The notes: generated by a model not told the origin, from the letters alone. Shown: positions 9,155 through 20,274, counted from the stretch's first letter. The stretch: DNA of 64,000 bases from a virus (IMGVR_UViG_3300020440_001565:9619-73618), one strand, 5' to 3'. Numbers and translations are program-made.

Positions 9155-11896
9155 TTATGCCATTTCAAATAAGTTTCCAAATACTGTTGTTTCTGTTTTG
9201 GTTTTGGATAAATCCCAACCCATTACACCAATCATATTTGATACTTTTTGATCAATAATTGTTTGTTCCATTGCTTCATGATCAAACGGCAATTCTTTAA
9301 ACCAACTTGGAATATTCAATTCATCAATTGGATAAGCTACTGATGTATATCCCATTGGATTATCTCTCAGTTTACATACAATCACTTTCTGTCCATCATT
9401 AATAGGCAACGAATAGTGATCCTTATGTGCTGATCTTAATGTGTTCCAATTCATAGATGCTCTTACGTGTCCTGGCAAATTCACCTTATTTGATTGTGCT
9501 TTACCATCTGACATTTCTAGAGTAAATTCTTTTTCAAACTGTCTTTTCACTTTTTTATTCATGTCATCAATCTTATTGTAATACATTGTCAAGTTGTTTA
9601 CTCTTTTTGGAGTACCCTTTTCCCAACCTGGCTTTTCAGTAAACTCTTCTTTGAAAGATGTAATTGCTTGTAGAATATCTTCTTTTGTTCCGCCGATCAA
9701 TACCATTCTTAATAGTGTTGACAAAAACTTCTGCATAAATTCTGGAGTATCAGATCTTTTAATGTCAATACCCATAATTTTAACTTTGCCTTCATTTTCA
9801 ACATCTTTGCGAACACCTTCTTCATCATACACAAGAATAGCATATCTTTTCTTTGTAATGAATAGTCCACTTGACCCAACTACTTCTCTACCACCAACAA
9901 TTATTTCACCTTTTTGCTGTGATGTTTGAAATGCTTTTTTCATGAAAGATGGAAAAGACTTGTTTACTTCTTCTGCTATAGTGTCATACAAATCAACTAC
10001 AGACTCTTTGTTCCATTCTATTTCACTATTTTCAACTTGTTCTTTCACCATTGGCCATGCTGAGAAATAAACAGAGTCAGTATCACCATATATAATACCC
10101 TTGCCTCTATAGTCATATTCACCTGCGACAACTTCGTTTGTTTTAGACGCCATATGTTTTGTAATTGCTCGACCTGTTAGTGTTACTGACTGCCCAATTC
10201 TCATATCAAAGAATCTACAACCAGGATTTAATATCGCACCATACAAACTGTTCAAGTTAATCTTTTTCACAAGCTGTCTTTTATCCCAGAAAGCTCTTTC
10301 TTCTGGATCTGTTTGTTCACGCATTGTAGCCTGCATAACTTTTCTTTGTGCATACCAACTTTCAAGTAATCCTGGAACAATACCTTCGATGTCTGTTCTG
10401 AACAAAGTACCGTTGGCACTTAAACACCAGTTCTTTCCTGAATTAAAGATCACTTCATATAGTTCTGCACCGGACATAACTTCTGTTTGTCCATTTTCAA
10501 AATCAACTGTAATTTCTGTTCCTTTGTCTTTTGCCATTACTGCCGTATATTCTAAACTACCAAAAATACCTTCCCAAGCATCTGCGGGCGATTTCTTTTC
10601 ATTGTTTATTTTGTTGCTAATATATCTTGTAGTGTGATCTTGTCTTAACTGTCCAATAATAGTTTCTGGTCCCATATTCAAAGATCTAATAACTGATGGA
10701 TATAGAGAATTAATATCTATAGATCCTATCCATTCATGTTTACCTTTTTTAGGATATGCCACATAGGCTCCTACTGCCGCTGGGTGATTATGGCCATTAC
10801 CGTTCTTGCCGTTGCGTTTTCTGTCTGGAACCACTACGCCACGTTTATGTGCTTCATTAATAATTGCCTGCTCAGTAACAGCCACCGCTCCCATTGTAGT
10901 TTGGAGAAGCACCGTGTTGGCATGAGCCAATTCGTTAGCAAGATCTACAAACCTCAATTTCTTATCTAGTCTTTTTAGAATCTCTACGTCCTGTCTATTG
11001 TATGCAATAAACTTTTCAAAGTCATCATTATAAAGTTGCTCAATTGTTCCTTCATATGGAATCTTCTTTTCACCTACTTCATACTCACCAATAGCATCAA
11101 GTCTATATGAATGCATTTCATGATACGTATATTTTCTATAAAGCTCTAAGTAGTCTAAATGTACTCGACCAAATAGGTCATATGTTTCTTGTGTGTTACC
11201 ATATTTGATATATTCTCTTTTACGTGGATATAAGTTCCACAAACAATATCTATTTGTTGACTCTTTACCTAATACCATAGCTGTTCTGTTTACCATGTAC
11301 GGAATATCAAAACCTTCTGAGTTCCAACCACTCAATACATCTGCATCTTTAATAAGATCTAAAAATGTACTAATAAGTTGTGCTTCAGAATCACATAACA
11401 TTGTATCTTCAAATCTTTCTACAATACTTTGTGCTTCTTCTTTAGACATAGCTTTAGGTTTAATTACTAATGTTACTAGACTATCAAGCCAATCTAAATA
11501 TACTGTAATACCTGTAACAGGTTGGTGTGGATCATCTGGTTTTGCGAAACCTAGCTTTGGATCAAAGTCAACCTCAATATCAAATAATGCTAAATGCAAT
11601 TTAGGAGCATTTACATCTAGATAGTTTTTTTCTAAACTTCTAAAGATAGGGTTGATATCTGATTCATGCAATTTCTGATTACTGTGAATCTTTAGTTCTC
11701 GTTGGAACTCTTTTCTTCTTTTAGTTGCAAATCTGCTCAACCTGTGCCCAAGCATAGACTTATATTGACCATGTGGATCGTTGTAGTAAAAGAGATACTC
11801 AACAGGATAGTTTACGTAATTCCTTTTACCATTTACTCGTTCAACAATATTAACCTGATCTTTTTCTCTATCTAAATATGCGTCAACATAACTCAT
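9155..11896 (-). CDS. Family B DNA polymerase
   Basis: FDIEVD exonuclease motif, DINSLYPS, KINLNSLYG, YGDTDS. Confidence 0.98.
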   Translation of the reverse strand: MSYVDAYLDREKDQVNIVERVNGKRNYVNYPVEYLFYYNDPHGQYKSMLGHRLSRFATKRRKEFQRELKIHSNQKLHESDINPIFRSLEKNYLDVNAPKLHLALFDIEVDFDPKLGFAKPDDPHQPVTGITVYLDWLDSLVTLVIKPKAMSKEEAQSIVERFEDTMLCDSEAQLISTFLDLIKDADVLSGWNSEGFDIPYMVNRTAMVLGKESTNRYCLWNLYPRKREYIKYGNTQETYDLFGRVHLDYLELYRKYTYHEMHSYRLDAIGEYEVGEKKIPYEGTIEQLYNDDFEKFIAYNRQDVEILKRLDKKLRFVDLANELAHANTVLLQTTMGAVAVTEQAIINEAHKRGVVVPDRKRNGKNGNGHNHPAAVGAYVAYPKKGKHEWIGSIDINSLYPSVIRSLNMGPETIIGQLRQDHTTRYISNKINNEKKSPADAWEGIFGSLEYTAVMAKDKGTEITVDFENGQTEVMSGAELYEVIFNSGKNWCLSANGTLFRTDIEGIVPGLLESWYAQRKVMQATMREQTDPEERAFWDKRQLVKKINLNSLYGAILNPGCRFFDMRIGQSVTLTGRAITKHMASKTNEVVAGEYDYRGKGIIYGDTDSVYFSAWPMVKEQVENSEIEWNKESVVDLYDTIAEEVNKSFPSFMKKAFQTSQQKGEIIVGGREVVGSSGLFITKKRYAILVYDEEGVRKDVENEGKVKIMGIDIKRSDTPEFMQKFLSTLLRMVLIGGTKEDILQAITSFKEEFTEKPGWEKGTPKRVNNLTMYYNKIDDMNKKVKRQFEKEFTLEMSDGKAQSNKVNLPGHVRASMNWNTLRSAHKDHYSLPINDGQKVIVCKLRDNPMGYTSVAYPIDELNIPSWFKELPFDHEAMEQTIIDQKVSNMIGVMGWDLSKTKTETTVFGNLFEMA

Positions 11897-12702
11897 TTTT
11901 TAAACACCTGCCCAAATTTATTTGCTTGTAATAAATCAAAATTAACATCGCTTGGTTTTATTATTCCATTACCCGATAATTCATTTACGCAATACATTAA
12001 CACTATAGCACAAATAGATGATGCTGTCGATCTTTCTTGTGCATTAAAATTGTTATCGCCTTTAATTTTTTTAAAATAATATTGATTAACCAACTTATTA
12101 TTTTTCATACCATTCACATTTACTAATATTATAAAACTGTCTTGTCCAAAATTAATTGTTTCATTTTGTTGTCCAGGATATCTAATATGCTTGTAATCAA
12201 ATATATCTTTGGAATTTAATATATCATCGCTAGTTGTATAAGATTCATACATAACTCCATTAATGAAAACTAAATTATTTTGATAGTCAGATTCTGAAAT
12301 TAAATAATCTGGCAAATGTCCAGTTCTAATTTTAACACTATCAACTGAATCAAATCCTTTTATCATATCTTCTGCAATAATATCTGTTATTCCAGGTGAT
12401 ACTCCGCAACAAGGCATAATGAAAGAATTTTTAGCATGGCTTTTGTCAATCACACTTTTATCATTACCTAAATCAAAATATGTTCTTCCTACATCGTCAC
12501 ATAACTCAGCTAATACGTGATTTGTTTTTCTTTCAGCAGAAATTAATAGGTCTTTGTCTGCAACAAAATAATTCAAAGAACGTTTACTATCATGCTCGAC
12601 ACTTGAACTATCAGCATAATGAACATCAAAGTTAGAAGATCTTAGATAACTTCCTACAGCTCTACTAATATTGTTCTTACCAACTATGCCAACTGTTTTC
12701 AT
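11893..12702 (-). CDS. Saccharopine dehydrogenase-like oxidoreductase, divergent/shortened
   Basis: Rossmann-like start, CGVSPGITDII, VKIRTGHLP, YKHIRYPG. Confidence 0.6.
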   Translation of the reverse strand: MKTVGIVGKNNISRAVGSYLRSSNFDVHYADSSSVEHDSKRSLNYFVADKDLLISAERKTNHVLAELCDDVGRTYFDLGNDKSVIDKSHAKNSFIMPCCGVSPGITDIIAEDMIKGFDSVDSVKIRTGHLPDYLISESDYQNNLVFINGVMYESYTTSDDILNSKDIFDYKHIRYPGQQNETINFGQDSFIILVNVNGMKNNKLVNQYYFKKIKGDNNFNAQERSTASSICAIVLMYCVNELSGNGIIKPSDVNFDLLQANKFGQVFKK

Positions 12703-14480
12703 TAATATACTCTTGCTTTCGGTGGCACCGGTTCCATTTCATTTGTTAAAGGTTCAAGAACTACTGCTCTATATCCAATCCTACTGTTGTGTCCACCTGC
12801 CCATGCCAAAGTATGTTTCATCCAGTTCTTATCATCTCGTTCTGGATAATCATCTCTTGTGTGAGCACCCCTAGATTCTGTCCTAACAAATGCTGATTTT
12901 AGAGTTACCTGTGCTTGTAATAAAAGGTTTTCAAGTTCCATTGCTTCGGTTAAGTCTAAATTAAATATCATTCCAGTATCTTTAACAACACCTTGTTTAA
13001 AATCTTGTAGTGGCTTTTCTATTTCATTCATGCCAACACTGATATTTTCACCAGTTCTAAATACTGCCGCTCTTCTTTGCATGATCTCTTGCATTTCATT
13101 TCTAACTTCAGCTAGAACTACATCTGATCTTTTTGTATGAATATCATCTATTCGTTGCAATGCTTTATCAACTGCTTCTTTAGTTGACTCTTGTACATTT
13201 CCATTTCTTTCTAATATATCTCCACATCTTTCAGATGCCGCTTTACCAAATACTACTAAATCAATTAGAGAATTAGATCCTAATCTATTTGCTCCGTGTA
13301 CAGACACACAGGCCGCTTCACCTATTGCCATTAGTCCACCAACTGTTTGTACTTTGTCGTTGTCATCTAACGTTACTACTTCTCCATTTATATTTGTAGG
13401 TATACCACCCATATTATAATGTACAGTAGGTACAATGTTAATAGGATCTTTTCTAACATCAACACCACCAAAGTGTTTTGCTTCTTCAACAATACCCGGT
13501 AATCTTTCCATTATTGTCTTTTCATCTAAGTGCATTAAATTTAAATGAACATAATCTTTTTTAGGTCCGCAACCTCTTCCTTCATTTATCTCTACAGTGA
13601 TAGCTCTGGATACAACATCTCTTGATGCAAGATCTTTGGCATTGGGAGCATATCTTTCCATAAATCGTTCTCCCTCTGAATTAGTTAGGTAACCACCTTC
13701 ACCACGAGCACCTTCTGTAATTAAACAACCGACACCATATATTCCTGATGGGTGAAACTGTACAAACTCCATATCTTGCATAGGTAGTCCTGCTCTTAGA
13801 ACCATGCCTCCGCCATCGCCTGTGCAGGTATGAGCTGATGTGGCACTTTGATAAACTTTACCGTAACCACCTGTAGCCAATACTGTCATGTTAGCATCAA
13901 ACTGATGTATCTCACCTGTCTCTAAACAAATAGAAAGTGAACCTGTACACTTACCATTATCCATTAGTAGATCAGTTGTAAAGTATTCATCAAAAAATGT
14001 AACATTCTTTGATAAACATTGTCCATATAATGTATGTAATATTGCGTGTCCTGTTCTATCGGCCGCGGCACAGGTTCGTTGTACTATGCCTTCTCCATAA
14101 TTTGATGTCATACCACCAAATGGTCTTTGGTATATTTTACCTTCATCAGTTCTACTAAATGGAACTCCATAATGCTCTAATTCTAATACTGCATCTTTGG
14201 CATTCTGGCAAAGGAACTGAACTGCATCTTGATCAGATAACCAATCACCACCTTTAATAGTATCATAGGCGTGCCATCTCCAGTCATCTTCACCCATATT
14301 ACCAAGTGCGGCTGATATACCACCTTGTGCGGCCACTGTGTGACTTCTAGTAGGATAAATTTTAGATACTACTGCTGTCTTTAAACCTTTCTCTACCATA
14401 CCTAGAGCGGCACGAAGGCCTGAACCTCCGCCACCAATAATTACCACATCAAATTTATGTTTGTGCGTTACTTTTTTCAT
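12702..14480 (-). CDS. sdhA: Succinate dehydrogenase flavoprotein subunit
   Basis: [20 protein letters not shown] (FAD-His), [24 protein letters not shown]-terminal PPKARVY. Confidence 0.97.
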   Translation of the reverse strand: MKKVTHKHKFDVVIIGGGGSGLRAALGMVEKGLKTAVVSKIYPTRSHTVAAQGGISAALGNMGEDDWRWHAYDTIKGGDWLSDQDAVQFLCQNAKDAVLELEHYGVPFSRTDEGKIYQRPFGGMTSNYGEGIVQRTCAAADRTGHAILHTLYGQCLSKNVTFFDEYFTTDLLMDNGKCTGSLSICLETGEIHQFDANMTVLATGGYGKVYQSATSAHTCTGDGGGMVLRAGLPMQDMEFVQFHPSGIYGVGCLITEGARGEGGYLTNSEGERFMERYAPNAKDLASRDVVSRAITVEINEGRGCGPKKDYVHLNLMHLDEKTIMERLPGIVEEAKHFGGVDVRKDPINIVPTVHYNMGGIPTNINGEVVTLDDNDKVQTVGGLMAIGEAACVSVHGANRLGSNSLIDLVVFGKAASERCGDILERNGNVQESTKEAVDKALQRIDDIHTKRSDVVLAEVRNEMQEIMQRRAAVFRTGENISVGMNEIEKPLQDFKQGVVKDTGMIFNLDLTEAMELENLLLQAQVTLKSAFVRTESRGAHTRDDYPERDDKNWMKHTLAWAGGHNSRIGYRAVVLEPLTNEMEPVPPKARVY

Positions 14481-14795
14481 TTACTTCTTTTTTCTTTTTT
14501 TCTTTGGCTTCTGCCCATTTTCATCTAAGTTGTATGCTTTTGCAAGTTTAGTTGGCTCCATGCCATCAACTTTAACAACATCTTTTAAAACCATCCACTC
14601 TTGTTGTCCATCGTTAGTGCTTCGACAATTAAAAACGTACTTACCATTAATCTTCTCAATTTTATCAATTCCGAATGTACCAACCTTCTGAAAATTTGCA
14701 CCACCAAATTCCTGTGTCCAGTATAGACCATCAATTTCTGTGTCTACACCTATGATATTTTTTTCAATTAGTGATACTGCTAGTTTTTCATTCAT
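14481..14795 (-). CDS. Hypothetical protein with basic C-terminus
   Basis: 104 aa ORF. Confidence 0.65.
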   Translation of the reverse strand: MNEKLAVSLIEKNIIGVDTEIDGLYWTQEFGGANFQKVGTFGIDKIEKINGKYVFNCRSTNDGQQEWMVLKDVVKVDGMEPTKLAKAYNLDENGQKPKKKRKKK

Positions 14796-15430
14796 TATTC
14801 TTCTCCTAAAAAGTTTAGTTCTGTTTTTTGTTTAAGGTGATGTTTTGTTGGCCAACATTTCTTTACAGTTGCTTGTGGCAAGGCCAACTTTGCCATAAAC
14901 ACATCTCTTTCATCATTCAAATAGATATTGCCCATTAAGTATGGACTCTGTCTTTTGTTTGTTGAATGAAATATTGCTCTTCTTATGCTATGATCCAAAT
15001 GATACTCAGCTCTTGATCTTTCTTTAAAGTGTGACGATACCCAACCAACTGCTGATTCATCTGTAATATAAGGTACATCTATCTTTGTTGTATACTTTTT
15101 AAAATATAATACAGATGTAATATCAACACTACTGTCATTAATCATTTTTTTATGTTCTTCATTGTATACTGTTTCAATCAGTAATATACAATTACGAAAC
15201 TCTTTGACAAAGTTCTCATAATCTGAATCATATTTAAAAAAGATATTCCATTTAAGTCTTTTGTAATCTCTTTTAATAAACCAATTTGTATTGTTCAGTT
15301 TGTGCTTGTAGGCAAACTCTGATATCATATCACGACCTTCAATATGAGGTTGCTCTATTACCACTTTGTGATAATACCAGTTGTAATATTTTTTTCTTGC
15401 CGGTTTAAGTATCTCTTCCAACATAGTCAA
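14795..15430 (-). CDS. Hypothetical protein
   Basis: 211 aa ORF. Confidence 0.65.
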   Translation of the reverse strand: MTMLEEILKPARKKYYNWYYHKVVIEQPHIEGRDMISEFAYKHKLNNTNWFIKRDYKRLKWNIFFKYDSDYENFVKEFRNCILLIETVYNEEHKKMINDSSVDITSVLYFKKYTTKIDVPYITDESAVGWVSSHFKERSRAEYHLDHSIRRAIFHSTNKRQSPYLMGNIYLNDERDVFMAKLALPQATVKKCWPTKHHLKQKTELNFLGEE

Positions 15431-17633
15431 TTTTTAATTTTCCTTCTTTAGTTGACACTTTTACCATACCACCATTTATTAGTTTTCCAAATAATATTTC
15501 TTTTGATATTGGTAATTTTAATTGTTGTTCATAAACTCTTTTTAATGGTCTTGCACCCATGCTAGGATCAAACCCTTCTTTCATCAGCCATTGTTTTGCG
15601 GAATCATCAAGTTCTACTTTAACATTTTTTTCTGTCAACATTACATTTGTTTCATTATTGACTTTGTCGATAATTTTCAAGATGTTGTCTTCAGATAGTT
15701 TGTTAAAACCTACCACCGCATCTAATCTATTTCTAAATTCTGGAGCAAAGAACTTTTTAACTTCTTCAGTACTTGCATCCATATTTGCCTCAGCACCAAA
15801 TCCGATACTTTGTTTATCTGCCAAGGCCGCTCCTAAGTTTGAAGTCATAATTAAAATAACTTTGCCAAAGTTTACAGTTTTGCCTGTTGAAGATGATAAT
15901 CTTCCGTCATCCATAACTTGTAATAATACTTGTAATACTTCAGGCGCCGCTTTTTCAACTTCATCTAATAGTAATACACAGTTTGGATTATCTTCAACAT
16001 CATTAATAAGTTGTCCTGATCCAACTGATCCTTCTGCATAGCCTACATATCCTGGAGGAGCACCAATTAATTTTGATACTGAATGTCTTTCTTGATATTC
16101 AGACATATCATATTTTAATAGTTTTATTCCTAGATTGTCTGCTAGTTGTTTACAGGCTTCAGTTTTACCAACACCAGTTGGCCCTACAAACAAGTATGAT
16201 CCAATAGGTTTGTTTGCTTCTCTTAATCCTGCTTTAGCAACCATTATAGAGTTTGTAAGTTTTTCAATAGCATCGTCTTGCCCAAATACCTTCTTCTTCA
16301 TTTTACCTTCAAGGTCAGCATAGTTTTCTGTTTGTTTGTTTACAATCATCTCTAGAGGCACTTTACTAATTTTAGATACTTGTAAATGTATGCCATCCAT
16401 ATCTACGTTTGGCTTGTCTGCCAAGTTTGATGTGGCGCCAGCGGCATCCATTACGTCAATTGCTTTGTCTGGTAAATGTTTACCATGTAAATGCTTGTCA
16501 GCCATTTTTACAATTTCTTCTACTGTACCAATATCATATTTGACTTGGTGAAATTTTTCATATAAAGGTTGTATACCTTTTAAAATTTTAATTGTATCAT
16601 CTATACCTGGTGGATCTAAATCATACTTCTGAAATCTTCTCATTAATGCTCTATCTTTTTCGATATTCTCTCTATATTCTGTAGGTGTTGTTGCACCAAT
16701 ACATAATAGTTTGCCTTTTGCTAGTAAAGGTTTTAATAAGTTTGCCATATCAATGTTTGATTGTCCGGCGGAACCTGCACCAACAATCATATGTATTTCA
16801 TCAATAAACAAGATAGCATTTTCTTTTTCAGCAAGTTCATCTAGTACTACTTTGGCTCTTTCTTCAAAATCACCTCTAAACTTTGTACCTGCTACCATAC
16901 CTGCAAGATCCAAACTCCATACTGTTTTGTCTTTAAGTGTTTTTTGTACATTACCGTCAACAATCTTTTTTGCAAGTCCTTCTGCCATTTGTGTTTTACC
17001 AACTCCTGACTCACCGCAAATAATTACATTGTTCTTTTTTCTTCTTGCAAGTACGTGTGTAATCTCATCTAGTTCTACTTCTCTACCAATTAACTCATCA
17101 ATGTTACCTGCTTTTGCTTCTTCATTTAAATCTGTACAAAAATCTGTAAAAGAAACTTCGCCGCCGGCTCCTTGCTGACTTTGTTGCATACCTTTTTTCT
17201 GATATGAATCTTTAGTTACTCTTTCAATTACTCTTTGTCTTGTAACTTTGTGTTTCTTTAAGAAATATTGTGCATAAGAATTCTTCTCACTTAATAAGCT
17301 AATAAAGATATCTACTATCTCTAGTTGTTTCCTACCTGAGAATATTACCTGTGTTACTGCTCTGTTAAACACTCTTTCTGTTGATTGTGTTTTTCTTGGA
17401 TTAGAGCCTTTTTCAATAATAATATCTGCAAGTTCTGTATCGACGTATGTTACTAAATCGTTAGTTAGGTCTTGTGGATTGACTGATAAGTTTCTTAACA
17501 GTTCTTCAATTTCTTTTTCTTGTACTACTGATAGTAGTAAATGCTCTAGTGTAACGTATTCGTGACTTCGTTCCGATGCATAAGACATCGCACGATCAAG
17601 CATCATTTCTATTCTATCTTGCTCTTCTGGCAT
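15405..17633 (-). CDS. clpA: ATP-dependent Clp protease ATPase subunit ClpA
   Basis: Clp N-domain (HEYVTLEHLL), two Walker A motifs (GESGVGKT, GPTGVGKT), IGF loop, no long middle coiled coil. Confidence 0.93.
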   Translation of the reverse strand: MPEEQDRIEMMLDRAMSYASERSHEYVTLEHLLLSVVQEKEIEELLRNLSVNPQDLTNDLVTYVDTELADIIIEKGSNPRKTQSTERVFNRAVTQVIFSGRKQLEIVDIFISLLSEKNSYAQYFLKKHKVTRQRVIERVTKDSYQKKGMQQSQQGAGGEVSFTDFCTDLNEEAKAGNIDELIGREVELDEITHVLARRKKNNVIICGESGVGKTQMAEGLAKKIVDGNVQKTLKDKTVWSLDLAGMVAGTKFRGDFEERAKVVLDELAEKENAILFIDEIHMIVGAGSAGQSNIDMANLLKPLLAKGKLLCIGATTPTEYRENIEKDRALMRRFQKYDLDPPGIDDTIKILKGIQPLYEKFHQVKYDIGTVEEIVKMADKHLHGKHLPDKAIDVMDAAGATSNLADKPNVDMDGIHLQVSKISKVPLEMIVNKQTENYADLEGKMKKKVFGQDDAIEKLTNSIMVAKAGLREANKPIGSYLFVGPTGVGKTEACKQLADNLGIKLLKYDMSEYQERHSVSKLIGAPPGYVGYAEGSVGSGQLINDVEDNPNCVLLLDEVEKAAPEVLQVLLQVMDDGRLSSSTGKTVNFGKVILIMTSNLGAALADKQSIGFGAEANMDASTEEVKKFFAPEFRNRLDAVVGFNKLSEDNILKIIDKVNNETNVMLTEKNVKVELDDSAKQWLMKEGFDPSMGARPLKRVYEQQLKLPISKEILFGKLINGGMVKVSTKEGKLKIDYVGRDT

Positions 17634-18105
17634 CTTTTTGCATCCTTTTCTTTGCCATATCTAGTACTAGCCTAGATACTCGTTTATCAAATGTTACACC
17701 CTCCAAATGGTCATATTCATGTTGGAATATTCTTGATATCCAACCTTGTAATTTATCTTCATGTAACTTTTCTTGTTCATCGTAGTATTTAACAAAAACA
17801 GTTTCAGGTCTTTTAACTTTCATAAACAAATTAGGAAAACTTAAACAACCTTCTAATAACAGTATATTATCACCAGTTGAATCAACTATTTCTGGATTTA
17901 CTACTGTAAATTTTTTATCATTATACTGCATTACAAACATTCGAATCTTTTTATTAACTTGTGGTGCCGCTAAACCAATACCTTTATTGTATGACATAGA
18001 CTCATGCATTGCAACACTTAATTTTTCTATATCAACGTTTTTAAAGTCTACCATATCACACTTTGTATGAAGAATATCTGCAGGATCTTTTACTACATCT
18101 AGCAT
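17614..18105 (-). CDS. def: Peptide deformylase
   Basis: GIGLAAPQ, EGCLS, QHEYDH. Confidence 0.97.
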   Translation of the reverse strand: MLDVVKDPADILHTKCDMVDFKNVDIEKLSVAMHESMSYNKGIGLAAPQVNKKIRMFVMQYNDKKFTVVNPEIVDSTGDNILLLEGCLSFPNLFMKVKRPETVFVKYYDEQEKLHEDKLQGWISRIFQHEYDHLEGVTFDKRVSRLVLDMAKKRMQKDARRAR

Positions 18106-18947
18106 AAATTTTTGACATCCTCCAACATTTTCTTTTGTACATCTGTTAATTTTTTTGGCATATCATAATCTATTGTAACAATCATATCACCAAATGTTCC
18201 GTTCTTTTTAGGCATACCTTTGCCACGTAATCTTAGTTTAGTACCTGGTGCTGTCATTGATGGTATCTTCAACGTTGATTTTACATCGTCTAGATGCTGA
18301 ATTGTATAACTTGTTCCTATCATAACATCAAATACATTTACATCTACTGTTTTAAACAAATTAGATCCTTCTTTTTGAAACTCTGGGTGAGGTACAATGT
18401 TTAATGCAATTAGTAAGTCTCCAGGATTCATATTACTATATCTATTATCACCTAGTCCTCTATATCTAATTATTGTATCATAATCAGCATTAACAGGTAT
18501 CGAAACATTTAAACTTTTTGTTGATCCACTAGGCATTCTTACAACAATATCTTTGGACTTATTAAAATAGATATCTTCTAACGTAACATTCATTGTGATC
18601 TTTATATCTTTATTTCGAATTCTATTACTAAAAGGGCTTGTTTCTCCTCCAAAGTGTTGCTGGAATATTTCATTTATTCCATCCATGTTTAGTACTACTT
18701 CTTCAAACGAGCCGAAGTTTTGCCCAAACCCACCACGTTGATTACCAAACTGTCTTTCTAAATCATACTGCTGTCTTTTCTTTTTATCTTTGAGTACATC
18801 ATAAGCTTCACTAATTTCTTTAAACTTTTCTTCGTTTCCATGTTGTTTATCTGGGTGATACTTTATCGCAAGTTTTTTATACGCCTTTTTTAAATCGGCG
18901 TCTTCAACGTTCTCAGGTACTCCTAATATTTGATAAAAGTTCTTCAT
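18099..18947 (-). CDS. DnaJ-class (CbpA-like) co-chaperone without zinc finger
   Basis: J-domain with HPD; DnaJ C-terminal domain. Confidence 0.93.
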   Translation of the reverse strand: MKNFYQILGVPENVEDADLKKAYKKLAIKYHPDKQHGNEEKFKEISEAYDVLKDKKKRQQYDLERQFGNQRGGFGQNFGSFEEVVLNMDGINEIFQQHFGGETSPFSNRIRNKDIKITMNVTLEDIYFNKSKDIVVRMPSGSTKSLNVSIPVNADYDTIIRYRGLGDNRYSNMNPGDLLIALNIVPHPEFQKEGSNLFKTVDVNVFDVMIGTSYTIQHLDDVKSTLKIPSMTAPGTKLRLRGKGMPKKNGTFGDMIVTIDYDMPKKLTDVQKKMLEDVKNLC

Positions 18948-18970
18948 GGTTCCTGTATTAGTATACAGGA

Positions 18971-19366
18971 TTATTGACTTTTGTCAACAGTTTTTTTGGA
19001 TTCTTCTGGTTCATAATATTCTTTGTACTTTTCCAGAAGAGTATTTGATTCTTTTAAATGTGCTCTAATTCTTGCAAAGTTTTTGGATAGTAATTGATAG
19101 TCTTTATCGGTTAACCCAAATAATACAGCATCATATCCTTGTTTTTCCAATTCTGCAAATACCTCAGCTGAGTTTTCTGAATTAATTATTATCCATCTAA
19201 TATCTTCCAATGTTAATGGAGCCGGTTTATCTAAATTCAGTTTGGCTCTTTCTTGTTCAATTGAAAAGATATCCAATTTTTTTACTGACGAGCAACCTGT
19301 TATTAATGTGAAAGATAATAATATAACTACACACCAAATCAATCTGTTAAATTTTACTGCTTTCAT
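18971..19366 (-). CDS. Outer-membrane lipoprotein, probable o-spanin
   Basis: Lipobox ITGC; downstream of a coiled-coil membrane protein. Confidence 0.65.
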   Translation of the reverse strand: MKAVKFNRLIWCVVILLSFTLITGCSSVKKLDIFSIEQERAKLNLDKPAPLTLEDIRWIIINSENSAEVFAELEKQGYDAVLFGLTDKDYQLLSKNFARIRAHLKESNTLLEKYKEYYEPEESKKTVDKSQ

Positions 19367-19367
19367 T

Positions 19368-19856
19368 TTAGTTTATTCCATAAGGGACATAATTCGGATT
19401 TGCTATTGATGGACATTCCGGATTAATTTGTGATTTCCTTGTTGCATTTTTTTCTTCATCTGTTAATGGAGATCCTGATGCTATTTCCATACATCTATTA
19501 GCATTCTTGCCTGCGTTATTAAGAATTTTTTCAAATGCTTCTGGTTTCTTTTCTGCTATCTTGCCAATATCCCTATTTTTTTTAGTAAATCGTTTATCTA
19601 AATCTTCAAAGTCCTTTTGTAAGTTTTTTATAAGAAGATTCATTTCATTGTTTGCTTTTACAATTTCGACTATATCTTTTTTGTATTGTTCAATTACAAC
19701 TTTTTGTGTTTCGATACTTTCTTCTAATACTACTTGATTAGCTTTAAGTTTTGCATTATCATTAACAATAGCATATACTTTATAGGCCCCGCCCATAATA
19801 CCTGCGACAAGGCCCATGACCATAATTCCTTTAAGTGCCGAAAAAATCCCAAACAT
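19368..19856 (-). CDS. Probable i-spanin (Rz-like)
   Basis: N-terminal TM segment, long coiled coil, two C-terminal Cys. Confidence 0.65.
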   Translation of the reverse strand: MFGIFSALKGIMVMGLVAGIMGGAYKVYAIVNDNAKLKANQVVLEESIETQKVVIEQYKKDIVEIVKANNEMNLLIKNLQKDFEDLDKRFTKKNRDIGKIAEKKPEAFEKILNNAGKNANRCMEIASGSPLTDEEKNATRKSQINPECPSIANPNYVPYGIN

Positions 19857-20029
19857 TATTTTTTGCTCTCAGGTTTCCAAATAGTCCATGCTCCATAGGC
19901 AATGGCACCGTAAGCTACAATACTTGCAATCGGTTTGAAAATTAAAAAGGCAATACCTGCACCGATTAATATTGCTCCATCAAGTGTTGTTCTTTCTTTT
20001 ATTCTTTTGTTTATCCAACTTTGAATCAT
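19856..20029 (-). CDS. Small two-TM protein, holin candidate (57 aa, not in ORF track)
   Basis: MIQSWINKRIKERTTLDGAILIGAGIAFLIFKPIASIVAYGAIAYGAWTIWKPESKK; TAATG-coupled to the spanin. Confidence 0.55.
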   Translation of the reverse strand: MIQSWINKRIKERTTLDGAILIGAGIAFLIFKPIASIVAYGAIAYGAWTIWKPESKK

Positions 20030-20030
20030 A

Positions 20031-20273
20031 TTATTTCTCCAGTTTCTTTAATCTAGTTTCCATTTCTTCAAGTCTCTTTTTAAGAGTTGGAAACTTGGCC
20101 ATACGTTTTTCTTCTTCGGTTAATATTTTTATATTATAACGTTCGGCCGCCCAGTTGTACCATCCATCTACCTTATTGTAGAACCAGACACCAACTTTGG
20201 TTTTTTTAAACCAAGTAGCTGTAGCATTTCCAATAATACTTCCTGTAATTGCTTTAACTAGAAAAAACCACAT
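20031..20273 (-). CDS. Hypothetical protein
   Basis: Likely start MWFFLVK. Confidence 0.6.
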   Translation of the reverse strand: MWFFLVKAITGSIIGNATATWFKKTKVGVWFYNKVDGWYNWAAERYNIKILTEEEKRMAKFPTLKKRLEEMETRLKKLEK

Positions 20274-20274
20274 A

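Noticed and set aside
9155-11896. Intein or intron in PolB
   Set aside because: Length is normal, motifs are contiguous, and no intein splice motifs were seen
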